64,000 nucleotides of DNA from Candidatus Omnitrophota bacterium (lineage in GTDB: Bacteria > Hinthialibacterota > Hinthialibacteria > OLB16). Positions 49,598 to 57,577 of this stretch are shown in pieces. The notes beneath the pieces are model-generated. The model saw nothing but the letters and a program-made list of their open reading frames with translations, had not been told where the DNA came from and searched no databases. Every line of letters begins with the position of its first letter. Position 1 is the first letter of the stretch. A program made the translations under genes and the position numbers. The stretch lies in assembly GCA_020632575.1 (NCBI GenBank), contig JACKFH010000006.1:10117-74116 (forward strand), read 5' to 3'.

Positions 49598-52500
49598 TCA
49601 GTCGTCGACAATCAATCGGGCGGTTACAAGAATGAGAAGATTCTGAGTGGTCTCCACATCCGATTTGTCGGTGAAGAGGAAGGAAAGTCCGGGGATGAAG
49701 CCAAGACCGGGCAAACGACCCTCGACATGATTCAACTGACGGCGCAGCAATCCACCGATCACTAGGGTGTCGCCATCGTCGACTCGAACCCTTACGGTCG
49801 CCCGACGGGTCTGAGTGCTGGGACGCCCCTGTAAGGGATTGCCGTTCGCGTCGAAGAGCACCAGTCGATCGCCGGGAATTTCCAGTTCCGGTTCGAGATT
49901 CATTTCAATGTGTCCATCGCCAGTCACACTCGGTGTGACAATGAGGGTGAAACCGAATTCCTCGAAGTCCGTGTTGACCTGCTGCGTGGTGGTTTGGTTG
50001 TTACCGCCGGGCTGCGAGACGTTTTGGGTGTCGTCGATGAAGGGGATTTCCTCGCCCAAGAAGACCTCGCCCTCCGCGCCGTTGACCACAGTGATCTTGG
50101 GGGCCGTTAGGATTCGGATATCCGTGAAGCGAGACAACATGGAAAGAGTCGACTCGATCCGAGTCCGGCCCAAAGTAGCCAAAGTGAGATTCGATCCGCC
50201 CGGGTTGCCCGGCTGACTGTCGAGAACCAAACTTCCGTTGGAGGTCGTCAACGAGGGGCCTTCCCCGCCGTCGTCGATTTCCAACAAGTTGTCGATCGTC
50301 ATCTGGACACCCAACTCGTCATTCGAATTGTATTGAAGTTCGACAAGACGGGTTTCCACTTCGACCTGGTCGACCGGAAGGTCGAGCCGTTCGATCAGTT
50401 CGACCGCTCGCTCGATGTCCGAGAGACGCGAGCCGGTGATGATCATCGTCTTGGTGGAGATATCGCCTTTCACAATAACGGGGATGATTCCGAGGAATGA
50501 GAAGGCCCCTAAACCTCCGCCGAAGCCGCCGCCAAAACCGCCGGCTCCGCCGATTCCACCGCCAATTCCGCCGATGCCTCCGCCAATCCCTCCGATACCA
50601 CCACCTATGCCGCCAATTCCCCCGCCGATTCCACCGCCAATTCCGCCGATGCCGCCACCGAAACCGCCTTGGCCAATGCCTGGCTGCTGAGTTCCGCCGA
50701 CACCCGCGCCACCAACGGGTTGACTAATCAAAACCGCTAGCACGAGCCCTTGCAGTGAGTTCGCGATATCGACAACTGAACGCTGCCGGACCTCGACGAC
50801 ACGCGATAAACTCGTCGTTTCAGTGATTCCCGTTAGGTACTCTTGAATCTTGGCCAGATTCTCGGGGGTGTCGACCACGTCGATCGTCCCCTCATCCAGG
50901 TCGGGATACATGACTCGCCCCTCGGCCGCCGCCTCTTCGATACTCTGGCTGCCGTAGAGAAGGCTCTGGAAAACTTGTTTCGTGAAATTCACCTGCTTCC
51001 GGCGTCGGAGCACGGCGTCCGGGGTGTCGGTGCGCAAATCCTCGGCGGGCACAACGGTGAACTTTCTGGCTTTAAGTTCGCGGTCGACAACCTTGTCGAT
51101 GAATTTGGGATCCTGCATGAGCCGCTTGACCAACTCTAATTTCTCGGGGGTCTGACGGATCATGAGAAGGCCAGATTCGTTGTCGTACACCAGGTAAGGA
51201 TCCTGGTCCGAGAAGTCGGTGTCGATTTCCGCTTTCCCGAATAGACGCAAGTTGATGATTTTCGCCAAATCCTCGCCACCGGTCTGCGGGAGACGGAAGG
51301 TTTCGACCACCATCGGCGGTTCGACCAGGTCGATTTCATCGCGTCGATAGAGATCCAGGAACTGGCGCACGAGATCGACATTGTAACGGCTGTCGCGGAC
51401 CACGAGCTCGAGAAGGAATTTGTTGAGAATGAAGGTGCGACCGGGAACTTGGGCGTCGATATTCTTCTTGATTTCGTCGGTTTCGACTTTGCCCAGCACG
51501 ACTTCGCGAAGCGCCTCGGAATAATCGTCGGTCTCTTTCCCGCCAAGCGCTCCCATCGCAAGCCGCTTGAGCGCCTGGTACTGCTCCTCGGTTAGCGGGA
51601 ACCTTTGGGTGATGATATCCCGAGTCACCTCAATGATGTTGGTCCCGGGTTGACGCTGCCAGGTGTAACCGTTGAGTTTCAAAACCTTGTCGAGAAACTC
51701 GCGGTAGGTGAGTTCCGTTGTCCGAAGGGCGTTGATTTGTCCATCGACCCCCTCGCCGGTAATGATCTGCAAGTCCGCGATAGCGCCCATGGTCGACAAG
51801 ATTTCGTTCACGTTCACCGGTGTGGATTGCTCCAGGACGAAGGTCTTTTCGTCAAGCACCCTCGAGACCCTGTCGTCAACTTCCTCACGTTGGGTGTCCA
51901 TGGCCAAACGACGGTCGGCTTCGGCCTTCTCCTCGGCGTACTTGTCAAGGAAGGCGCGCGCAACTTGGTTGTTTGGCTCGAGCTGGATGGCTCGCTCCCA
52001 CAATTCATATCCGGAAATGATCCGTCCCTTTTGGACCTCGCTGATTCCCTTTTCGATAAGAAGATTGACTTCGTCGTTCGGGGATGAAGTGATGTTAACT
52101 TGGTTTTGTGGGGCGGGCGCCATCGGAGCGCTATTCTGGGGAATTGGGCTTGGAGCGGTCGCCGAGTCGGCTTGGGCGACTGTGTAGTACGATTCCTCGG
52201 AGCCGATCTCTCTTAACTTTTCGGTCGTGCCGGGCGAGTCCTGGAACCACGGGTCCACAGCCTTGGCGGGGGCTGATTCGACTCTTCTCGCCTCTCTTTC
52301 GATTGGCGGAGTCTCCATCCCATTTACGGGTCGAATAACTTCGGGTCGATCGGGAGATTGGTAATCGAGATCGAGACTCGCCACCTTCATCGAATCTTCC
52401 ATTTTTTGGCATTCCAGATAATACCGCTGCGCCGCCGGATGGTCCGGAACCTTTCCAAGGACCTTCCGAAACATCTGACGCGCCTGAGAGTAGTTGCCGG

Positions 52501-53440
52501 CGTTGAACATTTGCACGCCTCTGTCGAAATCGGGTGCGATTTCGACGAGCAGGTCGCCGCGATCACCTTGTTTCGCATTCTGCGCATCAACCACTTGGGT
52601 GGCGCGTTTGGATTCCAATGCCAACAGACGAGTCTGCGCGTCTTTGGAGTTCGGGAACAGACGAAGCACCTCGCGATACAGGTTCGCGGCTTTTTCCGTA
52701 TCCCCCGCTTGCTCCGCGACAAAGCCCTCGGAAAACAATTCAGCCGCCTTCTCCAAGGCGACATCCTCTTGCATGGAAGCGTCGTCGCTCGTCTCCTCTG
52801 GAAGCAGCAACTCCCCGAGGTTGTTCGAGGAGGGCTCATTCATCGCGACCAGCTGCGGGCGTGAACTCGAACGCGTTCCGCTGGCGGCCGACCGAGCTTC
52901 TTCCAGTCCTCGTCGCGCCTGGACATTCGTGGGGTCAATGCTCAAGACCTGCTGGAAAGAAGTCTCGCTCGAGGCGTAATCGCCCCTCTTGAGCGCGGCG
53001 ATTCCTTGAGCGAGAAGATTGTTCGTTCCCTCATCGATTTGGGTGAGACGGGCATCTCTTTCGCGAGCGCTCATCGAGGCGCGCCCTTCGGCTTCCTCGA
53101 TCATTCTCGCAGCCATTTTGGCGTTTTCGAGTTGTTTGCGGAGGTTGGAGGCAATGCTGGAATGCACGGGAGATTGCTCCCAAACGGAGATGGCCGAATC
53201 CGCCTTGGGAAACTCGCCGCGCTTGATCAGGTTCTCGATCTCTTGGATCGGCAGTCGTCCCCCAGGGGTCGCCTGGGTGTGAACCGCGCCGACAGACGTC
53301 GCGCTTTCAGCAAGCACGGCGGGAACCGGGAGCGCTCCTATCAGAATTGTTGAAAGAGTGATAATTGTCCCTACAACCCCGAATACCCCGTTTCGATTCC
53401 TCGCGGTTGCGGCACAGACCCTGCCCATGCGGCTGTGCAT
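49598..53440 (-). CDS. pilQ: Secretin (PilQ/GspD family) with N-terminal TPR-repeat domain and internal Gly-rich (GGIGGIG)n insert
   Basis: C-terminal secretin core (TAPKITVVNGAEGEVFLGEEIPF.., VRVRVDDGDTLVIGGLL.., LPGLGFIPGLSFLF). About 5 TPR-like repeats in the N-terminal 500 aa. I prefer the start at ATG 53440 (GGAGGA 8 nt upstream, MHSRMGRV.. TM) over the listed 53482. Confidence 0.85.
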   Translation of the reverse strand: MHSRMGRVCAATARNRNGVFGVVGTIITLSTILIGALPVPAVLAESATSVGAVHTQATPGGRLPIQEIENLIKRGEFPKADSAISVWEQSPVHSSIASNLRKQLENAKMAARMIEEAEGRASMSARERDARLTQIDEGTNNLLAQGIAALKRGDYASSETSFQQVLSIDPTNVQARRGLEEARSAASGTRSSSRPQLVAMNEPSSNNLGELLLPEETSDDASMQEDVALEKAAELFSEGFVAEQAGDTEKAANLYREVLRLFPNSKDAQTRLLALESKRATQVVDAQNAKQGDRGDLLVEIAPDFDRGVQMFNAGNYSQARQMFRKVLGKVPDHPAAQRYYLECQKMEDSMKVASLDLDYQSPDRPEVIRPVNGMETPPIEREARRVESAPAKAVDPWFQDSPGTTEKLREIGSEESYYTVAQADSATAPSPIPQNSAPMAPAPQNQVNITSSPNDEVNLLIEKGISEVQKGRIISGYELWERAIQLEPNNQVARAFLDKYAEEKAEADRRLAMDTQREEVDDRVSRVLDEKTFVLEQSTPVNVNEILSTMGAIADLQIITGEGVDGQINALRTTELTYREFLDKVLKLNGYTWQRQPGTNIIEVTRDIITQRFPLTEEQYQALKRLAMGALGGKETDDYSEALREVVLGKVETDEIKKNIDAQVPGRTFILNKFLLELVVRDSRYNVDLVRQFLDLYRRDEIDLVEPPMVVETFRLPQTGGEDLAKIINLRLFGKAEIDTDFSDQDPYLVYDNESGLLMIRQTPEKLELVKRLMQDPKFIDKVVDRELKARKFTVVPAEDLRTDTPDAVLRRRKQVNFTKQVFQSLLYGSQSIEEAAAEGRVMYPDLDEGTIDVVDTPENLAKIQEYLTGITETTSLSRVVEVRQRSVVDIANSLQGLVLAVLISQPVGGAGVGGTQQPGIGQGGFGGGIGGIGGGIGGGIGGIGGGIGGIGGGIGGIGGGIGGAGGFGGGFGGGLGAFSFLGIIPVIVKGDISTKTMIITGSRLSDIERAVELIERLDLPVDQVEVETRLVELQYNSNDELGVQMTIDNLLEIDDGGEGPSLTTSNGSLVLDSQPGNPGGSNLTLATLGRTRIESTLSMLSRFTDIRILTAPKITVVNGAEGEVFLGEEIPFIDDTQNVSQPGGNNQTTTQQVNTDFEEFGFTLIVTPSVTGDGHIEMNLEPELEIPGDRLVLFDANGNPLQGRPSTQTRRATVRVRVDDGDTLVIGGLLRRQLNHVEGRLPGLGFIPGLSFLFTDKSDVETTQNLLILVTARLIVDD
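50509..50700. repeat. Coding minisatellite (imperfect ~18-21 bp tandem units ccgccaattccgccgatgcc) that encodes the secretin Gly/Ile repeat
   Basis: Directly visible tandem periodicity in the DNA. The antisense frame reads PPIPPPIPP. Confidence 0.7.
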
Positions 53441-53900
53441 CAAGTAAATCCTCCGATTATGGCGTAGATACGACGTCGACATTCGGCCTCATTAGAGGGA
53501 TGCGTGAGCAATGAAACCACATCCCCTTCTCTACCAAGTCTAGTTATCGTTGAGACTTAGCGCCAACTTAAGCCTTTTTATCGGCGTCTCGCTCTGCTGT
53601 TTTGAGGGTCAACATTCTCGACCCAAAATTTTCTTGGAGAATCCAAGAATTCCCATTTGTTTAACCCGCGCCCTTGAGCGCTTGAGCAATTTAAAACCTA
53701 ACCTCTCCCCGACTTTCCGCCAACGTCGAGAACACGATTCTAGCGACCCAAGATAGCGGTTGACAACCTAGTTCGGTTCCCGAGACGCCAATGCTACACG
53801 AAACGGGCTTGAAACGGAATCGGTCGGGGCTCCACCCCACCCGACCCTGAAATGAATTCGTTTCAGGCGCCGTCTCCTCGCTTTCTCAGTCGCCTCCGTT

Positions 53901-55406
53901 TCAGCGTTGAAGACTACTGATCCGAGCGTTCAATCGTTTAATCAGGTTCCTTAGCTCGTTATACTCGCTGCGCAGTTCCCCATACCCGGGAACGCGTCGT
54001 ATATCTTTCGTTCGCCCTTGAATTCCTTGAACTTCCGCCATTCTGTCGTTAATCGTCGAGAGAGTGTCCTGAGGAACTCGGCCACCCGAAATGTCTTCCT
54101 CCGCCTTATCGATCAGGGAGCGCACTTCTCGTAGTTTTTCGCGCATGTCCCGCACGGCGTCGCTCGCCTCGAGCTTGGAAAGGTTCGATTCCCATCTCCG
54201 TCGCTCGCGGGCGATGTCACCATCCGAGATCTTCAACACTTCCAGAATATCGTACAACCTCAGGATCTCCCGAATCCCCTCCACATCTCTGCCAGTCGCC
54301 TCGTCAGTGGCGAGTCGGGCGATCTCCTGTCGGACTCGTTTGACAATTTGGTCCTTGTTTTGGTCAAGATTGGCCTTCAGCTCATTCAACCGGTCAATCT
54401 GGCTCTGCGTCAGATAATCGCTGTTCCGCTCTTCCAATATCCTGTCGAATTGAGTCAAGGATTGAATGGCTTGCGACACCTGCTCCGGCTCCGAATCGGC
54501 GGTAATCGCGCTAACACGTCTGACCACGTCCTCATAACGCTGAAGAACAAGAGTCTTGTTGAGATTCTCTCGGGATTGCAGGAGTCGTTCATGCGTGTCC
54601 TCTAGCGAGGTGATCTGACCCTGCGTCACATCCGTCCCTTCGAGACAGGATTGATTTTGTCCCGCCTCTTGGATGCTTCTTTCGATCAAGGTGATTGTCG
54701 AGTCCAAAGACTCGATCGACTGAAGCAAATCGCCTCCGGTTTGACCCGCCGACTGCAGAGCCGCTTCCCCCTGTTTGGCCGCCTCGGAAATGGACCGGCT
54801 GAGTTCCGCGCATTTGTGGTTCTGCAGCAGGTTGACCGGCGGAGTCGGCCACTCCAACAACTTCCCTTGGGGATCGTCCTTCACATACTCTTCAAGTTTC
54901 TTGATCGCGAGCGGAATATTCCCATTTTTGACCGCGTCCTGATACTCCTCCCGAAGTGTGGTCAACCTTTTGATTAACTGGCTAAAATTGGCTGCTGGAG
55001 TGAAAACCGGGTGATAGGAAACCGGGCCGATTTCAGACTTGGGAACAGGAGTGAAATCGATATTTCCCGTGACGATGTCCCCGCCTTGCTCAGCCCCTCC
55101 AGGGGCGCCTCCCGGAACCCCTCCCGGCATACCGCCAGGTGCGCCACCCGGCATCCCCCCAGGCATCCCCCCCGGCATGCCTGGTCCTCCTGGAAGACCG
55201 CCACCGGGCATCCCCCCCCCGGGAACGTTCACTGGAGTCCGAACCTGATCCCCGTATTGGCCGATCCAGATGGATTCGGGCGATTGCCCGTCAATGGCCT
55301 GTGAGGTTTGCATGGCGATTAATATCGCCACACCGATCAGCACCATGATCACATAGTCGCGCACTTGCGAGAAACGTTGCACCAACTTCGCCAATAGTTG
55401 TTTCAT
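53901..55406 (-). CDS. Bitopic membrane protein with (GMPGG)n low-complexity linker and long coiled-coil periplasmic domain. Candidate PilO/PilP-like pilus platform component
   Basis: N-terminal TM VIMVLIGVAILIAM. PGGGMPGGGLPGGPGMPGGMPGG... repeats. Heptad-rich C-terminus. Sits between the PilMN fusion gene and the secretin gene. Confidence 0.6.
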   Translation of the reverse strand: MKQLLAKLVQRFSQVRDYVIMVLIGVAILIAMQTSQAIDGQSPESIWIGQYGDQVRTPVNVPGGGMPGGGLPGGPGMPGGMPGGMPGGAPGGMPGGVPGGAPGGAEQGGDIVTGNIDFTPVPKSEIGPVSYHPVFTPAANFSQLIKRLTTLREEYQDAVKNGNIPLAIKKLEEYVKDDPQGKLLEWPTPPVNLLQNHKCAELSRSISEAAKQGEAALQSAGQTGGDLLQSIESLDSTITLIERSIQEAGQNQSCLEGTDVTQGQITSLEDTHERLLQSRENLNKTLVLQRYEDVVRRVSAITADSEPEQVSQAIQSLTQFDRILEERNSDYLTQSQIDRLNELKANLDQNKDQIVKRVRQEIARLATDEATGRDVEGIREILRLYDILEVLKISDGDIARERRRWESNLSKLEASDAVRDMREKLREVRSLIDKAEEDISGGRVPQDTLSTINDRMAEVQGIQGRTKDIRRVPGYGELRSEYNELRNLIKRLNARISSLQR

Positions 55407-55449
55407 GATGATTTCGACTCCCGATCTCGGATCGCTCGTAGGGGCCCGA

Positions 55450-57456
55450 TCATCCGCCCTGAACCGGGGGGATCAATGTCAAGTCGCTGACCTCCATCTC
55501 GGCCTTGAGGAGGGCTTTCGCCTCCTGAGGCCCGATTTTGTAGGAACCGACCTCTTCTCTTCGGCTGGTTTGAAACCTGATTTCGTAGTTCTCTTCCTCA
55601 TACCCCAAAGCGGCGTCCCCCACCGCGCCGAGGATGTTCATCACCAGCACGGCTCTTTCGGCCTCGTTGACCGGATCCGGCGCCTCGACACCCAGGAGAA
55701 ACTTCTGCTTGCTGCCTTTTGGAGTGCTGTGGTCTTGAAAATAGACCTGGTAAACCTCCACTCCTCGGTTCGAAAGTTTCTCCCGGAGAACCGATTGCTC
55801 GGGGGAGGGGTCTTTTTCAATGCCCGCGGAAACCTTGAACTCCACCGTATTATCCGATCTCAAATCCTGTGAGGTGATGTTCGGAACCAGCAAGTGTTCG
55901 GCGGAATCCATTTGCTCTTTGAACGGCCCCAGGGTTTTGATATCCGTCCCCATTACCGTCATCGTCAGGTTCGTCGTGTCCGCGTCGACCCGAGTCAACC
56001 AAGTCTCACCCAAGGGGACATTGCTGGCCACATCCGCGAGAGTTTCAGAAATGACTCCCCGAGTCCTGTCGATTTCATTGAACAGCGCGAATCGGTCTTC
56101 CAGCAAGCGTGTGTTGTCCATGTATGTGCCGATTTGAGTCGCGATATCGTTCTTGGGACCGGCGCCGTCGGTCGGCCGCGCCAAGTGACGATCCAACTCC
56201 TGACGCGCTTGTTCGTAAAGCTCGATATTGGCTCGTACCGCTGAGATCGAAAGGAAGACAAAACATCCCAGCAGGATGCCCTCGACCAATAACCAAGTAC
56301 GCCGCTTTTCGAATTCTTTCTTGCGAACGATATAGGACGGCAGGAAATTCATCCGGAGGGGAACGTCGCCGATGTTCTTCTGGCACTGCCCCACCAGAAC
56401 GCCTGTGGTCTGGGCGAGAGGCTCAGAATCCAACTCGGAAACATTGACAAGCGTGTCCTGAAAAACGTCCGCCACTTCGCAAGGCGTCCCCAACCGTTGC
56501 TCAAGGTATTCCGCGATTCCGGGACACTGGGAGGTTCCCCCGGTCAGCAGCACCTTCTCCACTGGCTCGCCATCCGGTTGGGAAACATAGAAGTCGAGGG
56601 TCCTGCGAATCTCGTTAGAGATCGCGTCAAAGGATTTGGAAAGAAACACCTTCACACGCGCGGATTGGTCATCCTCCCCGTACGCTAGCGGATCGGTCTG
56701 ACGGTCGATCGAGGGGTCGATTTCACCCACAGTCACTTTCAATTCCTCGGCTTCGTCCCACTCGACACCGAGCTGGTCCGCGAGAGCCTTGGTGAGATGA
56801 TCGCCAGCCTGAGGAGCACTGCGAATAAACTCGACATGGCTTTCCCGACAGACCACGATGTCGGTGGTCGAGGCGCCGATATCGACAAAAGCGACCACTT
56901 CCTCGTCCGCCGCTTTCAATTGAGGGTAAAAACAATTGAAAAGACTCAGAGTCGTCACATCGATCGTGTCCGGCACCAATCCGGCCGATTTGAGCATCGC
57001 GCAGTACTGATCGACGATATTCTTTCGGATGGCGACCAGGGTGACCGCCAATTCGGGACCCGCCGTGTCGAAAACATGAGAATCGAGGATGATATCCTCG
57101 AGGGGGAATGGAATCTGTTGACGGGCCTCGTACTGAATCAGTCGATCCAGACGATCCCCGGACACTTTCGGTATCCGCAATTGGCGAACAAAACTCGCTC
57201 GACCGGGAATCGCGAAGGAAACTTGCTTGGCGGAAAGGCCGTGTCTTTTAAGGACTTCCTGAAGCAACACGCCACTGCGCTCGATCACCTCCTCGGGAGA
57301 TGCCGAGGGGTCGAGACCGGTCTTGACGGTGTAGACGGATTGAATCTTCGCCGATTTCCCCTTGACTCCAAGGGTTCCAACACCAACTTTTAGCGTGTGG
57401 CGACCCGGATCGATGACGACTAGCGAGGTGGATCCGAAACCGATCGACAAAGCCAT
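55450..57456 (-). CDS. pilM: Type IV pilus / T2SS inner-membrane platform protein, PilM-PilN(-PilO-like) fusion
   Basis: Actin-like PilM motifs (VVIDPG, VAFVDIGASTTDIVV, VLLTGGTSQCPGIAEYL). A TM segment WLLVEGILLGCFVFLSISAV plus coiled coil (PilN). An additional ~200-aa C-terminal domain. Confidence 0.75.
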   Translation of the reverse strand: MALSIGFGSTSLVVIDPGRHTLKVGVGTLGVKGKSAKIQSVYTVKTGLDPSASPEEVIERSGVLLQEVLKRHGLSAKQVSFAIPGRASFVRQLRIPKVSGDRLDRLIQYEARQQIPFPLEDIILDSHVFDTAGPELAVTLVAIRKNIVDQYCAMLKSAGLVPDTIDVTTLSLFNCFYPQLKAADEEVVAFVDIGASTTDIVVCRESHVEFIRSAPQAGDHLTKALADQLGVEWDEAEELKVTVGEIDPSIDRQTDPLAYGEDDQSARVKVFLSKSFDAISNEIRRTLDFYVSQPDGEPVEKVLLTGGTSQCPGIAEYLEQRLGTPCEVADVFQDTLVNVSELDSEPLAQTTGVLVGQCQKNIGDVPLRMNFLPSYIVRKKEFEKRRTWLLVEGILLGCFVFLSISAVRANIELYEQARQELDRHLARPTDGAGPKNDIATQIGTYMDNTRLLEDRFALFNEIDRTRGVISETLADVASNVPLGETWLTRVDADTTNLTMTVMGTDIKTLGPFKEQMDSAEHLLVPNITSQDLRSDNTVEFKVSAGIEKDPSPEQSVLREKLSNRGVEVYQVYFQDHSTPKGSKQKFLLGVEAPDPVNEAERAVLVMNILGAVGDAALGYEEENYEIRFQTSRREEVGSYKIGPQEAKALLKAEMEVSDLTLIPPVQGG

Positions 57457-57531
57457 ATCTCAAATTTCTCCCAACCGGAACAGTGACTTTAATTGGTACA
57501 ATACTAGACCCGTGACACGCGCCCTGTGAAG

Positions 57532-57554
57532 ATTGTATCAAAATATTTGTCAAG
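57532..57554 (-). promoter_or_regulatory. Candidate promoter with extended -10 (TGATACAAT) upstream of the pilMN fusion gene
   Basis: Minus strand TTGACA...TGATACAAT, about 75 nt 5' of the ATG at 57456. The spacer is short, so this is an extended -10 type. Confidence 0.3.
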
Positions 57555-57577
57555 TGACCCAACGGATCATGGGGGAA

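Noticed and set aside
50415-50690. Pro-rich 91-aa ORF (PPIPPPIPP...)
   Set aside because: It is the reverse-complement reading of the secretin Gly-repeat minisatellite. The secretin frame is the one conserved into a canonical secretin domain.
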